Below, in pieces: positions 57,630-64,000 of a DNA stretch of 64,000 nucleotides. Where the stretch lies: positions 1-64,000 of the forward strand of contig JBGAIQ010000003.1 in assembly GCA_044225365.1 (NCBI GenBank), given 5' to 3'. The notes beneath the pieces were generated by a model. It was not told the origin of the DNA. It ran no database searches and saw only the letters and a program-made list of their open reading frames with translations. Numbering within the stretch: position 1 is the first letter of the stretch; each line of letters begins with the position of its first letter. Position numbers and translations under genes: made by a program. The stretch is from Planctomycetota bacterium (lineage in GTDB: Bacteria; Planctomycetota; B15-G4; JADJEK01).

Positions 57630-58906
57630 ACCCCGAATCCGTCGCCGCTGAATTCCCCCGACTCGTTGGCACGAAGAGCGGGCGAGCGTTCGTCGCTGAG
57701 AACGCGCTCTCGCTCGGGCCCGCGTTCCTCGCGGCGTTGAAGGACGAGAACGAAAAGCGATTGCGCCAGGCCGAGCGCGAGCGCCGCACCGACCTTCCGG
57801 CGTATCCGTCGTTCGTCACGATCGCGACGACGTCGAAGTGCAACATCCGCTGCGAGTTCTGCATCAATCAGTTCGATGCGACGCCGGACAACCGGTTCCA
57901 CATGCCGGTCGACGTCAAGCAGCGCGTGTTCGCCGAAGTGTTCCCCTACGTCAAGAAGATCGCGCTCTCCGTCGCCGGCGAACCGCTGTTCGACCCCGAC
58001 TTCATCAACACGGTTCGACTCGCCAAGCAGTACGGCATCTTCATCGAGATGACGAGCAACGGCCTGCTCATGGGCCGCACCGGCTACAGCGAAGCGATCA
58101 TCGAGTGCGTGAGTCGGATCAACATCTCGATCGACGGCGGCAAGAAGGAGACCTTCGAGCGGCTGCGTCCCGGCGCGAACTGGGACCGCCTCATGACGAA
58201 TCTCGCGCGCCTCATGAAGCTGCGCAAGGAGAGCGGTTCGCCGTTCCCCGAGATCAACATCCGCTACATCCTGATGAAGGAGAACATCACGGAGCTGCCG
58301 ACGATGGTCGACATCGCGGCCGACCTCGGCGTGAACTCGCTGTTCACGAACCATCTCCAGGTGTTCCTCCCGTTCATGCGCGAGCAGAGCCTGCTGCTGC
58401 ATCCGCGCCTCGCGAACCAAGTATTCGACGAGGCGCGAGCGAGGGCGAAAGCGCGCGGCCTCAACATCGTGCTTCCCGACGCCTTCCCGGAGGAAGCGAT
58501 CGCCGCCGCCGAAGCCGCCGCGCGCGCCGAGGACGAAGCGAAGGCCCGGGCCGCGAATCCGGCCACGGCAAACGTCGAAGAGCCCCTGCCGCCGCCCGTC
58601 GACACCGTCGCGGGCCAGGTCGCGCCGCGCGAGGACGAGCCCACCCACTTCAAGAATCGCTGCCCGTATCTCTGGCAGCAATCGTTCTTCGAGGCCGACG
58701 GCAACATCTTCCCCTGCTGCAACAGCAACATCTCGATGGGCAAGATGCAGGACGTCGACGAGTTCTTCACGCTCTGGAACGGACCGATCTACCAGGACAT
58801 CCGCGCCAAGGTGTACACGAAGGACTGCTACGGCATCTGCAAGCACTGCTACCTGCGCGAAGGGATCCACATCGCGGAGGACAAGGAAGCCTACGTTCGC
58901 GTTTGA
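57626..58906 (+). CDS. Radical SAM protein with SPASM/twitch domain
   Basis: CNIRCEFC, GEP, SNG, ISIDG and C-terminal CPYLW..PCC..CKHC. ATGA overlap with the YfhO gene; TATAGT at 57611. Confidence 0.9.
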   Translation: MNPESVAAEFPRLVGTKSGRAFVAENALSLGPAFLAALKDENEKRLRQAERERRTDLPAYPSFVTIATTSKCNIRCEFCINQFDATPDNRFHMPVDVKQRVFAEVFPYVKKIALSVAGEPLFDPDFINTVRLAKQYGIFIEMTSNGLLMGRTGYSEAIIECVSRINISIDGGKKETFERLRPGANWDRLMTNLARLMKLRKESGSPFPEINIRYILMKENITELPTMVDIAADLGVNSLFTNHLQVFLPFMREQSLLLHPRLANQVFDEARARAKARGLNIVLPDAFPEEAIAAAEAAARAEDEAKARAANPATANVEEPLPPPVDTVAGQVAPREDEPTHFKNRCPYLWQQSFFEADGNIFPCCNSNISMGKMQDVDEFFTLWNGPIYQDIRAKVYTKDCYGICKHCYLREGIHIAEDKEAYVRV

Positions 58907-58921
58907 TCCCGAACTCGAACG

Positions 58922-59950
58922 TCAATCCGGTTCGAATCCCGCCGCGATCGACACTCGATCGAGATCCCGCCGCGTCGCGTACGGAACGAATCCGTGCTGC
59001 GGAGCGAGCTCCGAGTAGAGCTTGCCGATCTTCTTCTTCTTCGTGAGGTACTCCGTGGCGAGGACGGGAAGGCCCGCTGCGTGCCAGGTGTCGAGCACGC
59101 CGAGAAGGTAGTTCTGCGGCTTCAGCTTGTTGTTCTCGTCCTTCCCGCCGTAGAAGAAGCTGTCCTCCGCGCCGATGCCGTTCACGGTCGCGAAGAGGCG
59201 TTGCTCTTGGAGCGCGGCCATCGCCTCCGGCGTCTGCGGGTCGCCGGGTTGCAGGGTGTCCTGCGGGTACCACTCGGGATCGATGATGTTGGAGCCGTTC
59301 TGCGGAACGACGAGGAAGTCTTGGACCCCGCGCGTGATCCTCGCATGATCCGCGATCGCCACGACGAGATCGACCATTTGCTTCGCGGCGTCGCGCTTCA
59401 CGTTCTTGCCGCCCGCCTGCTTCGGACCGAAGAACTCGAACGCGTCGACGATGTCGAGGTAGACCCCGTCGAATCCCTGATCGATGATGCGGTCGAGGTA
59501 GCTCTCCCCGATCGTCGCGTTCCCGGTGATCAGGATCTCCTGCCACTTCGGATCCCAGTAGTGGACCTTGAAGTTTCCCTTCCATTGCGGGTTCGCACCG
59601 GCGAGCAGCGACTTGTCGAGCGAGGGCCAGTAGAACCGGTAGTTCTCGGCCTCTCCGATCGAGAAGTAGGCGAGCCGGATGCGGTTCGGCTCCGCGGGCG
59701 ACCGCAGCGCCGCGATCTCAGAAGGAGTGAATTCGCTCGTGCCGTCGCGGCTGAAGTCGACGATGCAGGCATCGAACGCCGAAGCAGCGATGTCCGCTAG
59801 ATCGAGCGGCGCGCCGTTCGTCCCCTGCAGCACGTAGGTGTAGTCGTCGATCGCCGCGAGGGGGTTCGATGGCCCGTGGACGTGGGCGAGGCAGACGAGG
59901 GCCGGGACGGCGAACGTGGTCGCGATGACCGTGACGAGAATCCTCTTCAA
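58922..59950 (-). CDS. MJ1477/TM1410 family (GH114-like, endo-alpha-1,4-polygalactosaminidase) glycoside hydrolase
   Basis: AYFSIGEAENYRFYW, NPQWKGNFKVHYWDPKW, GFDGVYLDIVDAF, VPQNG and AED. Start uncertain. Confidence 0.85.
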   Translation of the reverse strand: MKRILVTVIATTFAVPALVCLAHVHGPSNPLAAIDDYTYVLQGTNGAPLDLADIAASAFDACIVDFSRDGTSEFTPSEIAALRSPAEPNRIRLAYFSIGEAENYRFYWPSLDKSLLAGANPQWKGNFKVHYWDPKWQEILITGNATIGESYLDRIIDQGFDGVYLDIVDAFEFFGPKQAGGKNVKRDAAKQMVDLVVAIADHARITRGVQDFLVVPQNGSNIIDPEWYPQDTLQPGDPQTPEAMAALQEQRLFATVNGIGAEDSFFYGGKDENNKLKPQNYLLGVLDTWHAAGLPVLATEYLTKKKKIGKLYSELAPQHGFVPYATRRDLDRVSIAAGFEPD

Positions 59951-60000
59951 CGCCGACGCTGCCTGCGGCGTATGCTGATCAGAAGAATCTCGCGACGCCG

Positions 60001-60603
60001 ATGAACGAACTGCCGAGTCTGCCATTTCCGCACCTCTTGGAACGTGTCCGTCGCTTCGACGCACGCGCGCTCGAAGAGTTCTATCGGCGCGAATATCCGA
60101 TCGCATTTCGATTGTGCTTCGGATTCCTGCTCGATCGAGCCGAAGCCGAGGACGCCGCGCAGGACGCGTTGCTCAAGCTGAACGACGGTCTTTCCGGTTT
60201 CGACTCCACCCGGCCGTGGACGACCTGGCGCAACACCGTCGTGTTGAACGTCTGCCGCGACCGCAAACGCCGTGAGGGCGCGCGCCGCAGGGCCGAGACC
60301 GAGGTGGCGATCAAGGATCCGCAGCACACGGCCGCCGTGGATCGCTCGCCCCACGACGTGGCCTATCACTCGGAAGCGGCGGCCTTGCTCCGCGAGTCCC
60401 TCGCAATCCTCTCCCCGCGCGAGCGCGAGGTCTTCATCCTCCGGGATCTCGAGGAGCAGGAGAGTCCGATCGTCGCGGCTTCGCTCGACATCTCCGAGGG
60501 CACTGTTCGGTCGCTGCTCTCCCTCGCGCGAAAGCGACTGCGGCAAGTGCTCGAATCGCGTCTCGTCGACTCGCACGACAGGCCGAGGAGGACGAAGCCA
60601 TGA
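60001..60603 (+). CDS. ECF-type sigma-70 factor
   Basis: AEAEDAAQDA, WTTW..NVCRD, LSPREREVFILRD and GTVRSLL. TATGCT at 59971. Confidence 0.9.
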   Translation: MNELPSLPFPHLLERVRRFDARALEEFYRREYPIAFRLCFGFLLDRAEAEDAAQDALLKLNDGLSGFDSTRPWTTWRNTVVLNVCRDRKRREGARRRAETEVAIKDPQHTAAVDRSPHDVAYHSEAAALLRESLAILSPREREVFILRDLEEQESPIVAASLDISEGTVRSLLSLARKRLRQVLESRLVDSHDRPRRTKP

Positions 60604-61289
60604 GCGATTTCGATCCAGACCGCGGCGATTCCGATCTCGGCGACCTGCGCGCGGCGTGGGCCGACCTCGACGCTCTACGGTCCGACGAGCGAGAGACCGC
60701 GCGCGAACTCCTCGTCGTGAGCGAACTGCGCCATGCGTGGCGTTCGCTTCCCACTCCGCCGCTCCCGCACGGCATGGGTCCGGCGCGTCGCCGTCCCATC
60801 GCGCTGCCGCGCACGCTCGTACTCGCATTGCCCCTGCTCGCGGCCATGCTCCTGCTCTACGTCGCCCGCGATCGAAGTGCCGGTGCGGAACGGCCGTCGC
60901 TCGCTGTCCCCATCGCTCAGCGCGACTCGCGACTCGTCGCCGATCTCACGCTCGTCACGCTCGGGACGCTCGGGAATTTGGGCAGCAAGAGCGCCGCAGC
61001 GTTCTTCCCCGTCGCCTGTTTGTGCTGTGAGGTGCTCCTCCATTCCGACTCGCCCTGGAACGCGTCGGCGGAGGTCCGCAGCGCCGTGGATCAGACGATC
61101 GCCGAGGCGATCGCCGCGGACTGTCGGGGCGAATGGTCGTTCGCCGCCGCGACGCTCGCACCGATCCTCGACGAACGATCGCTCACGCACGATCAGCGCA
61201 CGCGCGCGAGCGTGGCGTTCGCGCATGCGAGTCGTCAGTTGGGGCGGGTCGACGACGCGAGACGAGCGGAGATCGCGCTGGCGCGGTGA
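60600..61289 (+). CDS. Putative single-pass membrane anti-sigma factor
   Basis: ATGA overlap with the sigma stop and one TM (LVLALPLLAAMLLLYV). Confidence 0.5.
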   Translation: MSDFDPDRGDSDLGDLRAAWADLDALRSDERETARELLVVSELRHAWRSLPTPPLPHGMGPARRRPIALPRTLVLALPLLAAMLLLYVARDRSAGAERPSLAVPIAQRDSRLVADLTLVTLGTLGNLGSKSAAAFFPVACLCCEVLLHSDSPWNASAEVRSAVDQTIAEAIAADCRGEWSFAAATLAPILDERSLTHDQRTRASVAFAHASRQLGRVDDARRAEIALAR

Positions 61290-61290
61290 A

Positions 61291-62898
61291 TCAGCGCGCC
61301 GCGGTCGCCTTCTCGCGGGCTTCGTCCTTGCTCGTCGATGGAGTCGAAGTCGCCGAGTCCGACTTCTTCTGGGTGAGGCCGAGTTTGGTCTTGAACCACA
61401 TCCCGCCCTTGCGCTTCAGCTCGATCAGGAACGTCTCGAGCTTGCGAGTCTCCCTGCCGCGCAGGACGTTGGCGAAGATGCGGAATGCCTTACCGGGGTG
61501 GTAGAGGAACGACAGCGGGTAGAAATTGAGCAGGAACCAGTACTTCGTCCGCGTCAGTTTCGCGGCGGACAAGTGCTCGCAGTAGTTGTTCTCTTCGCGC
61601 TGCTTCTCGTCGTTGGCGTAGATCGGCGTCATCAGGCACTTGTCGCTGTAGTCGACGCGGCCCTTCTCGACGAGGTACGAATACAGCGCAGTGTTGGGGA
61701 TCGGGAAGTAGAAGCCGATCGCGATGTCGTCGATGCCTTCCTTCGCGAGGCGACGCACGAACTTCACCGTCTGATCGAGATCCTCCTGCGTATCGTGCGG
61801 GAAGCCGATGACGAGGAACGCGGTGATGTTGAGGTCGTGCCGCACCGAGGCCTTCACGGCGGAGAACAGGCCCTCGGTCGTCATCTTCTTCTTGATGAGC
61901 TTGCGCGTGTTCTCACTGCCGCTCTCCGGCGCGAACGCGAGGTGGCGCCCACCGCTGCGGTAGAGCAGGTCGGCGACTTCGTCGTCGACGACTTCGCAGC
62001 GCGTGCCCGATGGGAACTGCCAGACGATATCGAGCTTGCGCTGGATGATCTCCGAGCAGAACTGGACGATCCAATCCTTCTTGATGATCGCCGTCAGGTC
62101 CTGGAACGGGAAGTTCTTGGCGCCGTACGTCTTCACGTAGTGCGTGATCTCGTTCGCGACGTCGATCGGATCGCGCGGATACCAACGGGTCGTCCACATC
62201 GTCGGCGAAGAACAATACGTGCACTGATACGGACAGCCGCGCGTGGCGAGGATCGGGATCGTCCAGCCCGCGCGCACGCCGTTGACGAGCGCGTGTTCGT
62301 TGTAGGCGTTGAGATCGAAGTGCTGCCAAGCGGGCCACGGGATCGCGTCGACGTTGCGCAGCCGATCACGACGCGGGTTCGCGACGATCTTGCCCTCGCG
62401 CCGGAACGCGACGCCGGGCATCGCGCCGGGATCGGTTTCGCCGCGGCCGATCATGCGCATCAGCTCGACGGCGGTCTCCTCGCCTTCACCGAGAACGATG
62501 TAGTCGATCGGCGCTTGCTCGAGCGACAACTCGGGCAGGCCAGTGAAGTGCTCGCCACCGCACACGATCTTCTTGTCGGGGAAGCGCGCTTTCAGCGTCT
62601 CGATGATGCGGCGCACGAGCGGCCACGAGAACGTCCACATGTTGGTGACGCCGAGGACTTCCGTCTCCGGCTTCACGCGATCGGCGATCTCGTCGGGTCC
62701 GAGGCCGAGCCGGTGCAGCCCCGAGTCCGGCGTCACCTTGTCCGGCGCCTCGGCGACGGCATCGATGACCGATACCGCGTGCCCGTCCTGCTCGAGCACG
62801 GCCGCGATGTAGGCAAGGCCGAGCGGCATCGACGGCCGCAGCGCGGTCATCGCATGGACGTTGAGGTAGACGGGTGGGTGGATGAGCTGGATGCGCAC
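61291..62898 (-). CDS. B12-binding domain radical SAM protein
   Basis: PLGLAYIAA, GGEH, GEGE, RGCPYQCTYC, PESGS and GFP. TGcTAGATT lies 6 nt before the GTG. Confidence 0.92.
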   Translation of the reverse strand: MRIQLIHPPVYLNVHAMTALRPSMPLGLAYIAAVLEQDGHAVSVIDAVAEAPDKVTPDSGLHRLGLGPDEIADRVKPETEVLGVTNMWTFSWPLVRRIIETLKARFPDKKIVCGGEHFTGLPELSLEQAPIDYIVLGEGEETAVELMRMIGRGETDPGAMPGVAFRREGKIVANPRRDRLRNVDAIPWPAWQHFDLNAYNEHALVNGVRAGWTIPILATRGCPYQCTYCSSPTMWTTRWYPRDPIDVANEITHYVKTYGAKNFPFQDLTAIIKKDWIVQFCSEIIQRKLDIVWQFPSGTRCEVVDDEVADLLYRSGGRHLAFAPESGSENTRKLIKKKMTTEGLFSAVKASVRHDLNITAFLVIGFPHDTQEDLDQTVKFVRRLAKEGIDDIAIGFYFPIPNTALYSYLVEKGRVDYSDKCLMTPIYANDEKQREENNYCEHLSAAKLTRTKYWFLLNFYPLSFLYHPGKAFRIFANVLRGRETRKLETFLIELKRKGGMWFKTKLGLTQKKSDSATSTPSTSKDEAREKATAAR

Positions 62899-63022
62899 GG
62901 CAAGAATCTAGCACACCGTGGGATCGGTGCAGGGGACACCGGAAACGTTACGTGAAGCCGTCGGGATCGTGCGAGGGTTCTTCCAACGAATGGCGAGCCC
63001 TCGAGCGATCACGACGCCGCCT

Positions 63023-63562
63023 TCATTTGCCGAGCGCGCGCGGGGCACTCTCGTGGGCACGCGCGTCCGGCCGCTTCTCGAACCGATAGATCACTTCGCC
63101 GAGGATCGCGTCCTTCGTGAGCGGCCCGAACGTTCGGCTATCGATCGAGATGCGCCGATTGTCCCCGGCGAGGAAGTACTCGTTCGCAGCGAGATGGATC
63201 GGACCATGGCTGTAATCGTCTTCGAACTCGGCGGGAGGCGCGGTCGTCTCCTTCTCGCCATTGCGCAATAGCTCGCCATGGACGAATTCGAGCGTGTCGC
63301 CCGGCAGCCCGACGACGCGTTTGATCAGCGTCTCGCCGTGGAGATCGGCGATCACCGCATCCCCCACCCTCACGCCGCCGACGAGCGACGGGAAGTTCGC
63401 GACCAGGACTCGGTCGCCGTCCTGGAACGACGGACGCATCGAGTTCCCGGCGATCCGGTACACGGTGACCACGGGATTGTCGACGACACCGCTCAGCAGG
63501 ATCGCCGCGATCATCACGGCGAACAGGCGGAACGCAAGGGTCCAGCGAGTCGAGGAAGTCAT
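63023..63562 (-). CDS. lepB: Signal peptidase I
   Basis: GNSMRPSF, IKRVVGLPGD and GDNRRISIDSR, with an N-terminal TM. Confidence 0.92.
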   Translation of the reverse strand: MTSSTRWTLAFRLFAVMIAAILLSGVVDNPVVTVYRIAGNSMRPSFQDGDRVLVANFPSLVGGVRVGDAVIADLHGETLIKRVVGLPGDTLEFVHGELLRNGEKETTAPPAEFEDDYSHGPIHLAANEYFLAGDNRRISIDSRTFGPLTKDAILGEVIYRFEKRPDARAHESAPRALGK

Positions 63563-63570
63563 GGCCAACC

Positions 63571-63599
63571 CTATCGGCCAGACTCGCGTTCAAGATTTA
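63571..63599 (-). promoter_or_regulatory. Putative sigma28-like promoter for lepB
   Basis: TAAA-N17-GCCGATAG ending 8 nt before the ATG. Confidence 0.4.
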
Positions 63600-63648
63600 G
63601 ACTTCGTCATTTTCCGGGTTCGAATACCCTGTTCCCAAAGTGATTCCA

Positions 63649-63999
63649 TCACTTGGACTTGGCGTCGTCGCGGACCAGAGAGAAGCCGAAGACGAAGGGC
63701 GGGCTGCCGTCGGGACGCACGAATTTCATCCCGCGGAGGCGCTCTTCGCCCGCGAGGCGACCGTCTTTCAGGCGACCCTCGAAGACCAGCATTCCCCGCG
63801 GTCGCATCCCGTTCTGGAAACCGAACTCGAACACGCCGTCGTCGCGCTTTCGAAGGTACGTGAGCTCCATCACCGGCGCGCGCGGATCGCCGCCTTCGAG
63901 GATGCGTCCCCCGGTCCGTTCACCTTGCGCCTCGATCGTCACGTGGAGTGGATGGTGCGGAGTGTCCTCGAGCCAGATCTCCCCGGACCACTCGCCGAG
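63649..63999 (-). CDS. C-terminal part of a hypothetical protein (runs off window end)
   Basis: The frame is open to the window edge (LGEWSGEIWLEDTPHHPLHVTIE...), with GC3-biased codons. Confidence 0.55.
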   Translation of the reverse strand, partial: LGEWSGEIWLEDTPHHPLHVTIEAQGERTGGRILEGGDPRAPVMELTYLRKRDDGVFEFGFQNGMRPRGMLVFEGRLKDGRLAGEERLRGMKFVRPDGSPPFVFGFSLVRDDAKSK

Positions 64000-64000
64000 A

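Noticed and set aside
1-64000. CRISPR array, rRNA or prophage
   Set aside because: No regularly spaced repeats, cas genes, rRNA motifs or phage structural genes were seen.

Overview
This is a high-GC bacterial window. It is most likely Planctomycetota, inferred from TIGR02999-type ECF sigma/Ser-Thr kinase-TPR pairs, an FGE-domain protein and carboxypeptidase-regulatory-domain repeat proteins. It holds about 46 CDS and one tRNA-Thr(CGT), with no CRISPR array, integrase or prophage. Housekeeping genes are hemF, trpS, aat, lepB, two convergent RecQ helicases and htpG. Accessory content includes an Rpn-family nuclease, an aromatic-CoA ligase/creatininase/thioesterase operon, an UnbV-UnbU-cysteine dioxygenase operon, four ECF sigma modules and an arylsulfate sulfotransferase. 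It also includes an Mre11/Rad50-like pair coupled to a His-rich membrane protein, a 1918-aa BACON-like repeat surface protein, and a YfhO/radical SAM/GH114 group. The main observations are: (1) htpG lacks about 44 codons including the catalytic-Arg loop and is frameshifted. (2) Rpn has an internal RBS and ATG that fit an intragenic antitoxin, and it is flanked by heptamer arrays. (3) A 161-bp MITE-like hairpin supplies the extended -10 of aat. (4) Several genes look leaderless. (5) A sigma28-like motif with a fixed 17-nt spacer precedes three genes. (6) A run of apparently non-catalytic enzyme homologues leads into the tRNA. All family assignments come from motif recognition by eye; no database searches were run.
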